Positions 8,997 to 16,155 of a DNA stretch of 45,672 nt are shown one piece after another. A model generated the notes under the pieces. That model searched no databases. It was not told where the DNA came from and saw only the letters and a list, made by a program, of their open reading frames with translations. The stretch's first letter is position 1; every line of letters begins with the position of its first letter. This DNA is from Nitrospirota bacterium. Its GTDB lineage: Bacteria > Nitrospirota > JACRHJ01. The stretch is from positions 1-45,672 of the forward strand of contig JAKAHE010000001.1 of NCBI GenBank assembly GCA_021815285.1, in the 5' to 3' direction. A program made the translations under genes and the position numbers.

Positions 8997-10592
8997 TTAC
9001 CGGTACCACTCCGCCCGGTTCCTCGGCACGTACCATTCCCTGAGATTATACGTTATCCCGATCGGCGCTTTTTTGACCCCCTTGAAGCGCCTGCTGATAA
9101 TCGGCAGGGCGTCCGGGACGTAAAGGAACGTGCATGCCGCGTCGTCGGATATTATGGCGTGGATTCTGCGGTATATCTCCTGCCTTTTTTTGAAGTCGAA
9201 CGTCTCCCGCCCTTCGACAAGCAGCTTGTCAACCTCCGGATTTTTATAGCTTATAAAATTGAACTCCCCTTCCTTGGTCTTGGACGAATCCCATATGTCG
9301 TAGATGTCCGGGTCTCGCCCGAGCGCCCAGCCCATGATGAGCGCCTCGAAGCGCTTCTTGTCTATGAAGTCGTGAAGGAGCGCCTGCCACTCGAGCGCAG
9401 TTATCCCTACCTTCACGCCGACCTTCGCCAGGTCCTGCTGGATAATCTCCGCCGCCATCTCGCGCTGCTTGTTGGACTGGTTCACAAGTATCGTAAACTC
9501 GAACCTCCTGCCGTCTTTTGTCAGGACTCCGTCCGGCCCGGGCGTCCAGCCGGCCTCCTTAAGCAGGGCCTTCGCCTTTTCCGGGTCATACGGGTATCCC
9601 TTAACGTCCTTGTTATACGCCCAGGACTCCGGCGGGAACGGCCCGGTGCAAGGCGTGCCGAGGCCCAGGAGCACGCCCTGGATTATGGATTTCTGGTCTA
9701 TCGCATAGGAGAGCGCCTGCCGCACGCGCCTGTCCTGGAAGAGCGGATTCGTCAGGTTATAGCCAAGGTAGTCGTAGGCGAACGCGGGATAGCGGAGTTT
9801 TCTGAAGCGGCGCTCTATATCCGGCGTGTCCGTCTCCCTGGAATACTGCAATGGGGTCAAGTCCATCATGTCTATCCCGCCCGTCTTGAGTTCCAGGAAC
9901 TGCGTCGCCTGGTCGGGGATAATCCGGGAGACGTATTTGTCGATATGAGGCCCGCCCCTGAAATAGCCGCTGTATGCGTCCAGGACGATCCTGTTGCCGG
10001 TAATCCACTGGCCGAATTTGAAGAAGTTCGTGCCCACCGGATGGCGGTTGAAGGGGTCGTTGTTTATGTTCTTCCCCTTAAGGAGGTGCTCCGGGATTAT
10101 GCCCATCCCCCAGGCCTCAAGCGCAGGCGCGAAAGGCTTCTTATACGTCACCTTCACGGTATATTCGTCCGGGGCCTCGACCTTCTCAACCGGGCCAAGG
10201 TCGTCGCTGTAGGGCGTGGCGGTATTCGGGTCCCTAAGGACCTTGTATGTAAAGAGCACGTCGGCGGCTGTGAATGGCGCGCCGTCCTGCCACTTTACGC
10301 GCCTGTGGAGGTGAAAGGTTATTACAAGGCCGTCTTTTGATATATCCCAGCTTTTCGCCAGGTCCCCGACGATTTTTATGTTCTTGTCGTATTTCGTAAG
10401 TCCTTGAAATATCAGGCCGGATATGTCTCCTGAGGCGGAGTCAGTCGCCAGCATGGGGATGAGTCTTTTGGCGTCCGCCCCCATTGCGACCTTCAGGTAG
10501 TCCGGGTCCCTGACTAATCCGCCCTCAGGCCTTCTGCCACACGCGGAAACGAGGATAAGCGCGCAAATGGCCGATATTGCAATCTTTTTCAA
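8997..10592 (-). CDS. Lipoprotein, ABC substrate-binding protein family 5 (peptide/nickel/opine type, DppA/OppA-like)
   Basis: Lipobox signal MKKIAISAICALILVSAC. Length and overall sequence are typical of SBP_bac_5. Its stop TAA is immediately followed by the ATPase ATG (TAAATG at 8999-8994). Confidence 0.85.
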   Translation of the reverse strand: MKKIAISAICALILVSACGRRPEGGLVRDPDYLKVAMGADAKRLIPMLATDSASGDISGLIFQGLTKYDKNIKIVGDLAKSWDISKDGLVITFHLHRRVKWQDGAPFTAADVLFTYKVLRDPNTATPYSDDLGPVEKVEAPDEYTVKVTYKKPFAPALEAWGMGIIPEHLLKGKNINNDPFNRHPVGTNFFKFGQWITGNRIVLDAYSGYFRGGPHIDKYVSRIIPDQATQFLELKTGGIDMMDLTPLQYSRETDTPDIERRFRKLRYPAFAYDYLGYNLTNPLFQDRRVRQALSYAIDQKSIIQGVLLGLGTPCTGPFPPESWAYNKDVKGYPYDPEKAKALLKEAGWTPGPDGVLTKDGRRFEFTILVNQSNKQREMAAEIIQQDLAKVGVKVGITALEWQALLHDFIDKKRFEALIMGWALGRDPDIYDIWDSSKTKEGEFNFISYKNPEVDKLLVEGRETFDFKKRQEIYRRIHAIISDDAACTFLYVPDALPIISRRFKGVKKAPIGITYNLREWYVPRNRAEWYR

Positions 10593-10706
10593 CCTTGCTC
10601 TCCCTTAAAACAAAAGAGGCCCGCAAAGGAGCCCCCGGAAATACTGAATTTGTCGCCCCCATGAAAACGGGGGCCCAGCGACGTTCAATTCTAAATGCCA
10701 CCCCTC

Positions 10707-11138
10707 TTATTTTCCGCCATTCTTTACCGGCGCGGGTTTCGCCTGAGCCGGAGCAGTCGCCTTGCCGGTCGCGGGCGCGGCGGGCGCAGCTGCCTGGGAG
10801 GCGGGCTTGCCTGCCGGAGCCGCCGGGACGAAAGGCGCGCCTTTCTGCGGTATTGCGGGCATCGTGGCCGTGTTTGCGGCGGGCGCCTTTACGACCGATG
10901 ACGTTGAGACGCGGGACTCGATTTTAGCCAGAAGAATGGATGTTATCATGAATATCGCGCCGGCGGTAGCCGTAAGCTTTGTAAGGAAATTGCCCGAACC
11001 CCTGCTCCCGAAGATCGTCTGGGAGCCGCCGGAGCCGAATGTCGCGCCGATATTGGCCCCCTCGCCCTGCTGCAGGAGCACGACGAGGACGACAGCCGCG
11101 CAGACTATTACGTGGATTATTACAAGAAAAATCATCAT
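10707..11138 (-). CDS. secG: Preprotein translocase subunit SecG with an Ala/Pro-rich C-terminal tail
   Basis: MMIFLVIIHVIVCAAVVLVVLLQQGEGANIGATFGSGGSQTIFGSRGSGNFLTK matches the SecG core. Sits in the conserved position after tpiA. Confidence 0.9.
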   Translation of the reverse strand: MMIFLVIIHVIVCAAVVLVVLLQQGEGANIGATFGSGGSQTIFGSRGSGNFLTKLTATAGAIFMITSILLAKIESRVSTSSVVKAPAANTATMPAIPQKGAPFVPAAPAGKPASQAAAPAAPATGKATAPAQAKPAPVKNGGK

Positions 11139-11142
11139 TTAC

Positions 11143-11904
11143 CTATACCTCCGAATAATTTACGAGGGCGGAGAAAGACTCCGCCTTGAGGCTCGCGCCG
11201 CCCACAAGCGCCCCGTCTATGTCTTCCATTGCCATTAAATTCTTTATATTATCAGGCGTTACGCTCCCGCCGTATAATATCCTGATACCGTCTGCCACAT
11301 CCTTCCCGAACGCCGCTGAGAGCTTTTCCCTGATAAAGGCATGGACTTCCTGCGCCTGGGCCGGAGTCGCCGTCCTGCCAGTCCCTATCGCCCAGACAGG
11401 CTCGTAGGCGACAATAATCCGCTTCGCCTCATCGGGCGAAAGGCCTTTAAGTCCGTCATTTAATTGAGTTTCTATCACCCTGAACGTCGTCCCGGCCTCG
11501 CGCTCATCAAGGCTCTCCCCTATGCACACAATAGGGAGCAACTCAGCCGCGAGCGCCGCTTTAACCTTCTTATTCACGCCCTCGTCCGTCTCGCAGAAAT
11601 ACTGCCTGCGCTCGGAGTGGCCGACGATGACATGGGTGCATCCGGCGTCCTTCAGCATGGCCGCCGAGATCTCTCCGGTGAAGGCGCCCTTCGGCTCGAA
11701 ATGCATGTTCTGTGCGGCGAGGCCTATGTATTTCCCCTTTATTTCACAAGCAGTTGCGTGTAGCGCGGTGAAGGGCGGAGCGACGATTACCTCGACCGCC
11801 TTCCTGCCGGAACGCGAGGGCATAATCCCGCGCACAAGCTCCAAGGCTTCCGGCACGGTCATATGCATTTTCCAGTTTCCGGCTATGACTGCTTTACGGG
11901 ACAT
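11143..11904 (-). CDS. tpiA: Triosephosphate isomerase
   Basis: IAGNWKMH, VGHSERR, AYEPVWAIGTG and GGASL motifs. Confidence 0.95.
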   Translation of the reverse strand: MSRKAVIAGNWKMHMTVPEALELVRGIMPSRSGRKAVEVIVAPPFTALHATACEIKGKYIGLAAQNMHFEPKGAFTGEISAAMLKDAGCTHVIVGHSERRQYFCETDEGVNKKVKAALAAELLPIVCIGESLDEREAGTTFRVIETQLNDGLKGLSPDEAKRIIVAYEPVWAIGTGRTATPAQAQEVHAFIREKLSAAFGKDVADGIRILYGGSVTPDNIKNLMAMEDIDGALVGGASLKAESFSALVNYSEV

Positions 11905-12292
11905 GACTCTTCAGTTTATTGGTTTTACAGGCTTCTGTCAAGAAAAAAATTCCTTGATTTTCAATCGGTTGCAAAACGACTTTTTATTTATCAATTAATA
12001 TTTATATAACGCATAACCCGTTACGGAATAACGGGAATTTCCTGGCATGGCGCAAAAAAAGGGCGTGTCCCCGCGCCGTGTTTTCTGCGCAAAACGGCTT
12101 GTTTCAGGGCATTTTTGCGCTGTTACCGATACCGGCGTAAAAACGCATTCGATACGTATTTTTATCTTAATAATCGGCATCTTCCAAAAACAATCCGGAA
12201 CTGCTCTGGATAGTGATTTTTCCCGACCAATGATATTTGCTCCTTATGGTTATTACATGATATGAGTTAACCACATCTGCCATTCCCGGTTT

Positions 12293-12350
12293 TGTAGCTG
12301 CCCCATTTATGGGGCGGTTTAAAGTCGCCCGATGAATCGGGCAGCTACAA
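12293..12350. repeat. Repeat family A copy 1: outer inverted repeat tgtagctgccc/gggcagctaca enclosing two small hairpins
   Basis: tgtagctgccccatttatggggcggtttaaagtcgcccgatgaatcgggcagctacaa; near-identical copy at 25038-25096. Confidence 0.85.
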
Positions 12351-12357
12351 AAGCAGA

Positions 12358-12390
12358 AAGCAGATTCTTCGCGTTGCTCAGAATGACAGA
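12358..12390. repeat. Repeat family C copy 1
   Basis: aagcagattcttcgcgttgctcagaatgacaga; second copy at 12572-12604 differs at a few positions. Confidence 0.75.
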
Positions 12391-12394
12391 CAAA

Positions 12395-12426
12395 ATTCCT
12401 GGATTCCCGCCTTCGCGGGAATGGCG
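12395..12426. repeat. Repeat family B copy 1 (inverted orientation): palindrome attcccgc-N4-gcgggaat
   Basis: attcctggattcccgccttcgcgggaatggcg is the reverse complement, with 2 mismatches, of the copy at 25475-25505. Confidence 0.85.
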
Positions 12427-12454
12427 ATCTTAAGCTGATACGGGAATGACGGGC

Positions 12455-12483
12455 GGGTGGACAATTCGGTTTACCTTCATCCC
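12455..12483. repeat. Repeat family D copy 1
   Basis: gggtggacaattcggtttaccttcatccc; copy 2 at 12606-12634 differs at 2 positions. Confidence 0.8.
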
Positions 12484-12571
12484 TCGTCTCCTGCAATAGT
12501 TTTCACCTCATTAATTACCCTCTCCCGCCACTGGGAGAGGGTGGCCGAAGGCCGGGAGAGGGATAACGGAA

Positions 12572-12604
12572 AAGCAGGTTCTTCGCTTCGCTCAGAATGA
12601 CAGG
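12572..12604. repeat. Repeat family C copy 2
   Basis: aagcaggttcttcgcttcgctcagaatgacagg. Confidence 0.75.
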
Positions 12605-12605
12605 T

Positions 12606-12634
12606 GGGTGGACAATTCTATTTACCTTCATCCC
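12606..12634. repeat. Repeat family D copy 2
   Basis: gggtggacaattctatttaccttcatccc. Confidence 0.8.
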
Positions 12635-12730
12635 CCTCTTAAGATAAGAGGGGGACAGAGGGGGCGTTATGAACAGAATGACAGGCGTGAGAGCTTGGAC
12701 GAGAACAGGCCGGGGGCGGGAGGCGGGCCA

Positions 12731-13309
12731 CTATTCCTTTTTCAGCGCTTTCCCGGCGCTGAAGGCCTTGCCTGCAATTTCGCCCAGGCGGCGGTAGTTC
12801 CTGTCCGGGACGGTGAAGATGAGCGGGTCTATCTTCGCTGCGTCGGGGCGTCCGTTTTCGTCCAGGACGTCCTTGTCCGCATGGACTTCAATAATCTGGC
12901 CAATAACGAGGTGATGGCTCCCGAGCTCAAGCGTCATGACCACCCTGCATTCGAGGTTCACGGGGCACTGGGCTATCAGCGGCGCGTGTTCGGTCTTGCC
13001 GTAAAAAACCTCGAACCCGGCGGTTTTCGTTTTGTCCGGCTCGTTCTTTCCGGAGTACATCCCGCAATAGTCCGCCGCATCCATGAGCGCGACATTCGGG
13101 ACGTTCACGGAAAACGCCCTATGCTCCTTGATTCCTTTAAGCGTGTGCCTGTGCGGCTGGAAGGCGACGGAAATCATCGGCGGCTCGGAACACGCAATCC
13201 CGCTCCATGCCGCCACCATGAAGTTGGCCTTGCCATCCACGTCCGCGCCGATTAAAAACGCGGGCATGGGGTATATCGTAGTTGAAGGACCGAGGGTTAT
13301 TTTGTTCAT
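12731..13309 (-). CDS. Flavin reductase-like (FMN-binding split-barrel, flavoredoxin-type) protein
   Basis: 192 aa. The N-terminal pattern TIYPMPAFLIGADVDGKANFMVAAWSGIACSEPPMISVAF...AFSVNV is typical of the flavin reductase-like domain. Its ATG overlaps the hicB stop (ATGA). Confidence 0.7.
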   Translation of the reverse strand: MNKITLGPSTTIYPMPAFLIGADVDGKANFMVAAWSGIACSEPPMISVAFQPHRHTLKGIKEHRAFSVNVPNVALMDAADYCGMYSGKNEPDKTKTAGFEVFYGKTEHAPLIAQCPVNLECRVVMTLELGSHHLVIGQIIEVHADKDVLDENGRPDAAKIDPLIFTVPDRNYRRLGEIAGKAFSAGKALKKE

Positions 13310-13770
13310 TTTGTCCTCTTGTATTCGGGTTTGGGCTCCCTGACGGAGCGGGCGGGCTTCTTTTGTTCTTTCGTGCCGGATTCGCTCAAATACCTCTTGG
13401 CTGCGCTCTGGAGCAGTCCGGAGCGGCTTGTGCCGAGCCTCTCGCTTTCCCTGTCTATCTTTGCCAGGAGCCGTTTCGGGAACGTTACGTTGACACGTTC
13501 GGACTGGCCTGCGAACGCGGAGGCATCCACCTCGACCAGCGCGGCGATGCCGCCCTCATTGAGATGCTTTTTATAATCGTCAATCCTGCCCTGCTCCGGG
13601 ATTTCAAGACCGTCCTCAATCAGCCCCTCAAGGTGCAGCTCGATTGCCTCTTTCGAGTTCGCTATCGCCTCGTCGAGGGTTCCGCCCGCGGAGTAGCACC
13701 CTGGGAGCCCCGGGACGATTACGCCGAAGTCGCCAGTTTTCTCCTTGAATATGAAAATCGGAAAGAGCAT
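13306..13770 (-). CDS. hicB: HicB-family antitoxin with a C-terminal ribbon-helix-helix (CopG-like) domain
   Basis: N-terminal FGVIVPGLPGCYSAGGTLDEAIANSKEAIELHLEGLIEDGLEIP is the HicB/UPF0150 fold signature. C-terminal VNVTFPKRLLAKIDRESERLGTSRSGLLQSAAKRYL is RHH-like. Confidence 0.85.
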   Translation of the reverse strand: MLFPIFIFKEKTGDFGVIVPGLPGCYSAGGTLDEAIANSKEAIELHLEGLIEDGLEIPEQGRIDDYKKHLNEGGIAALVEVDASAFAGQSERVNVTFPKRLLAKIDRESERLGTSRSGLLQSAAKRYLSESGTKEQKKPARSVREPKPEYKRTK

Positions 13771-13780
13771 GTCTTAATTA

Positions 13781-13851
13781 TACACATTGATACACATTTT
13801 TCAAGTGTTATTGATTATCACGTGATGGTATGCATGGTATACATATACCAT
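13781..13851. promoter_or_regulatory. Operator-like repeats in the divergent hicB/hicA spacer
   Basis: Direct repeat tacacatt at 13781-13788 and 13791-13798 (10-bp phasing). Perfect palindrome atggtata-ca-tataccat at 13834-13851, preceded by a half-site atggtat at 13825-13831. Confidence 0.45.
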
Positions 13852-13918
13852 AATTAAATCAATCGGTTATGACATTTTTATATTGACGAAATGAATTGAA
13901 TATGCTATTTCTGAGGAT

Positions 13919-14110
13919 GTGAAAATCCGCGACATCATTAAATTGCTTGAGAGCGGCGGCTGGCATCAGGTGCGGAGCAAAGGCGGCCACAGGCAATTAA
14001 AACACCCTGCCAAAACCGGGCGGGTAACCGTGCCATTTCACGGCGGGAACGAAGACCTGCCTACTTATGTTGCCGATAGTATTTTAAGACAGTCCGGAAT
14101 CAAAGAATAG
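13919..14110 (+). CDS. hicA: HicA-family mRNA interferase toxin
   Basis: (GTG start) KIRDIIKLLESGGWHQVRSKGGHRQLKHPAKTGRVTVPFHGGNEDLPTYVADSILRQSGI matches the HicA/YcfA pattern, including the catalytic-region GxH. Confidence 0.85.
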   Translation: MKIRDIIKLLESGGWHQVRSKGGHRQLKHPAKTGRVTVPFHGGNEDLPTYVADSILRQSGIKE

Positions 14111-14115
14111 TTCCT

Positions 14116-14319
14116 ATGAAAAAGAGACACGACAACTTCGGGGGTTTCGGGTTCAAGTTGAAATCATGTTCCGGTAAAAAGAGGTATGCCTCCCGGGCGG
14201 AGGCGATGACCGCGCTTGGAATTCAGAGGAGTTACGGGCAGAAGATAGACGGCATCCGACCGTATGAGTGCGTCTTCTGTCAGGGCTGGCATTTAGGCCA
14301 CGAAATGGTGGGCGAGTGA
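14116..14319 (+). CDS. Small hypothetical protein with a C-terminal zinc-ribbon-like motif (YECVFCQGWHLGH)
   Basis: 67-aa ORF starting 5 nt after the hicA stop. Possible metal ligands are C18, C52, C55 and H58/H61. No clear Shine-Dalgarno sequence, so translation is probably coupled to hicA. Confidence 0.5.
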   Translation: MKKRHDNFGGFGFKLKSCSGKKRYASRAEAMTALGIQRSYGQKIDGIRPYECVFCQGWHLGHEMVGE

Positions 14320-14338
14320 TTGTTTCGGGGGCCGAGGC

Positions 14339-14815
14339 TTATCCCGCCAGTCTTCCCGCCAGCTTCGCCACGCGCTCGCCAAGGGAGCGGCACTGCTTCA
14401 TCACTCGCTCGTCGGGTGCGCCGATGGATACGGGGCCGTAGTGGTCGCCCTTCGGGACGCCCTGGATTACCATGCCGTGCACAAGCATGGCCTCGAGGAT
14501 GGCGAGTATGACGGTCTCGTTCCCGCCGCCGATGTTGGCCGCGGACGAGAACGCCGCGCCGACTTTGCCTTCGAGCTTGCCGTGGAACTTCACGGAGTCG
14601 TCGAGAAATTTTATTATCTCCGCGGCGGGCAGGCCGTAGTAGGTGGGTGAACCGATGATTATGCCGTCGAAGCCCTGGAGGTCTTCCGGCGCCGCGCCGG
14701 GGATTGTCTGGAGCGAGACTTCCGCCCCGGCGGACCTGGCGCCCTCTTCGACCAGCCGGGCCATTTTTTCGGTATTGCCCGTCCTGGTGTAATAGAGAAT
14801 AAGAATGCGCGGCAT
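14339..14815 (-). CDS. Flavodoxin-like FMN protein (WrbA/flavodoxin family)
   Basis: Track ORF 14339..15001 trimmed to the ATG at 14815-14813, preceded by aaagaggc. MPRILILYYTRTGNTEKMA is a flavodoxin phosphate-binding loop; IIIGSPTYYG is also present. Confidence 0.8.
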   Translation of the reverse strand: MPRILILYYTRTGNTEKMARLVEEGARSAGAEVSLQTIPGAAPEDLQGFDGIIIGSPTYYGLPAAEIIKFLDDSVKFHGKLEGKVGAAFSSAANIGGGNETVILAILEAMLVHGMVIQGVPKGDHYGPVSIGAPDERVMKQCRSLGERVAKLAGRLAG

Positions 14816-14886
14816 GGCAGCCTCTTTAAAATAACAGGGCTTATATGCGCCCCCTGTATGCGCCCCGGTCATCCCCACGGCCCGGT

Positions 14887-15258
14887 TTATTTGCGGAGCT
14901 TCTCTTCCTCTTCCTGGGCGGTCTTGCAGTCTATGCAGAGCGTCGTTACGGGCCTTGCCTGGAGGCGCTTGATGCTTATCTTCTCGCCGCAGGATTCGCA
15001 TATGCCGAACGTGCCGTCCTCTATCCTCTTGATGGCCTCGTCTATTTTCTTGAGCAGCCTCTGCTCCCGGCCACGTAGCCGAAGCAGAAGGTTCCTGTCG
15101 GATTCCGCGCTGGCCTGGTCTCCAAGGTCGGCGTAATTTTCCTTTTCCGGCTTCAGGCCCCCGCTGATGGTCTCGCCCGCCTCCGCCAGAAGCTCCGCCC
15201 TCTGCTCTTCGAGTTTCTTCTTTATATCGCCGATATTGCGGTCCATCTCTATGGCCAC
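14887..15258 (-). CDS. DksA/TraR-family C4 zinc-finger protein
   Basis: Coiled-coil N-terminus, then CESCGEKISIKRLQARPVTTLCIDC. The track start at 15258 is a GTG directly abutting gagagg; the ATG at 15246 has better spacing and may be the true start. Confidence 0.8.
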   Translation of the reverse strand: MAIEMDRNIGDIKKKLEEQRAELLAEAGETISGGLKPEKENYADLGDQASAESDRNLLLRLRGREQRLLKKIDEAIKRIEDGTFGICESCGEKISIKRLQARPVTTLCIDCKTAQEEEEKLRK

Positions 15259-15344
15259 CTCTCAGGCTGCTCTTTGGGTTAACTTGTTATAAATTAAATG
15301 CGAAGTTTAACAAAAAGGGGGGACATAGTCAATTCTTTTTAAAC

Positions 15345-15369
15345 AAAAAAGGGGTGAATTAATCACCCC
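15345..15369 (-). terminator. Intrinsic terminator downstream of hsp20
   Basis: On the minus strand ggggtga-ttaat-tcacccc is followed by tttttt. Confidence 0.65.
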
Positions 15370-15404
15370 TTGGAAACAATCTTCGATTACAAGGAAACGC
15401 TTCC

Positions 15405-15890
15405 TTACGCCGCCTTTATCTTCTTCGGCTCTTCCCTCGTCTCTATCTCTATCTTCCTGCCCTTTATGGCCTCGGCGGCAGGCATCCTGATTTCAAGCAG
15501 GCCCTTGTGGTATTCGGCCCTTACCTTGTCGGTATTCACGTCCACCGGAAGCGTAATGCTCCTCTCGAAGCTCCCGTAGGAGATTTCCCTGGAGAAATAA
15601 TCCTCCTTTTTGTATTCCTTCTCGCTCTTACGCTCGCCCTTGACGGTGAGCAGGTTCCCGGTTACGTTGATTTCGACGTCTTTCGGGTCCACGCCGGAAA
15701 GCTCCACGTGGGCGACAAGGTCGTTCCCCTCTTTTATGACGTCGATGGCCGGGAAATTAATATCGCCGATCATCGAAGGCATCGGGAACCAGCGCTCGCT
15801 GCGACCGAATATCCTGCTGAACAGGTCGTCCATGTCCCTGTGCAGGGACATAAGGTCCCTTGACGGATTCCATCTTGTCAACGGAAACAT
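15405..15890 (-). CDS. Small heat-shock protein, Hsp20/alpha-crystallin family
   Basis: 161 aa. N-terminal RDLMSLHRDMDDLF, an alpha-crystallin core, and AEYHKGLLEIRMP near the C-terminus. Confidence 0.9.
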   Translation of the reverse strand: MFPLTRWNPSRDLMSLHRDMDDLFSRIFGRSERWFPMPSMIGDINFPAIDVIKEGNDLVAHVELSGVDPKDVEINVTGNLLTVKGERKSEKEYKKEDYFSREISYGSFERSITLPVDVNTDKVRAEYHKGLLEIRMPAAEAIKGRKIEIETREEPKKIKAA

Positions 15891-15981
15891 ACAGCACCTC
15901 CTTGTGCTAACCCGGAATTTTAATCCGGGAGACCGACAGGATTAAAGGGATTTAATCCCGCCACTCGTTTTTCCATATTTA

Positions 15982-16009
15982 ATTATAGCTCGTTTCCGCC
16001 AGAAATCAA
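15982..16009 (-). promoter_or_regulatory. Candidate sigma70-type promoter for hsp20
   Basis: On the minus strand TTGATT-N16-TATAAT, about 90 nt upstream of the ATG. Confidence 0.35.
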
Positions 16010-16155
16010 ACGTCAACAAATTGATTTAATTACGTATTTTATAAATTATCCAATATCTTGCGCGCGCCTTTAAACCTTTTCCGCGTGAAATACGTCTTGA
16101 TTTGAGAGAGGGATTTTCTCTATCCTTAAGCATTCTCAAACAGGAGGTCGTTCAA

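Larger units (their letters stand above)
12293..12690. repeat. Dense cluster of short palindromic/REP-like repeat modules in a long non-coding spacer
   Basis: Contains copies of four repeat families (listed separately), plus 9-bp-stem hairpins ccctctccc/gggagaggg at 12518-12541 and ccccctctt/aagaggggg at 12632-12654. Track ORFs here are read-through of repeats. Confidence 0.8.

Noticed and set aside
10593-10706. Terminator after secG (gcccccgttttcatgggggc on the minus strand)
   Set aside because: A 6-bp GC stem is present, but it is not followed by a U-run. It might still be a weak terminator or a REP-like hairpin, so I did not list it as a feature.
12041-12060. Sigma-54 promoter (ctggcatggcgcaaaa)
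   Set aside because: It has TGGCAT but lacks the TTGC -12 element at the required spacing.
11995-12265. Small ORFs 11995..12180(-) and 12047..12265(+) in the AT-rich spacer upstream of tpiA
   Set aside because: They have no ribosome-binding site, low-complexity composition, and overlap each other on opposite strands. The region looks like a hairpin-rich leader or spacer. A structured RNA cannot be excluded, but I recognise none.
12293-12690. CRISPR array
   Set aside because: The repeats belong to several different families, have irregular spacing, are internally palindromic in REP style, and show no regular repeat-spacer periodicity. No cas genes lie in the window.
12167-13255. Track ORFs 12167..12496(-) and 12608..13255(+)
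   Set aside because: The first is a read-through of palindromic repeat modules; its peptide contains repeat-encoded strings such as RPINGAATK. The second starts in repeats and then runs antisense to the flavin reductase gene.
15891-15981. RNA thermometer in the hsp20 5' leader
   Set aside because: Hairpins exist (gggatt/aatccc, cccgga/tccggg, agcac-aaggag-gtgct). However, the Shine-Dalgarno sequence sits in a loop rather than paired to a U-rich strand, so it fits neither the ROSE nor the fourU pattern.
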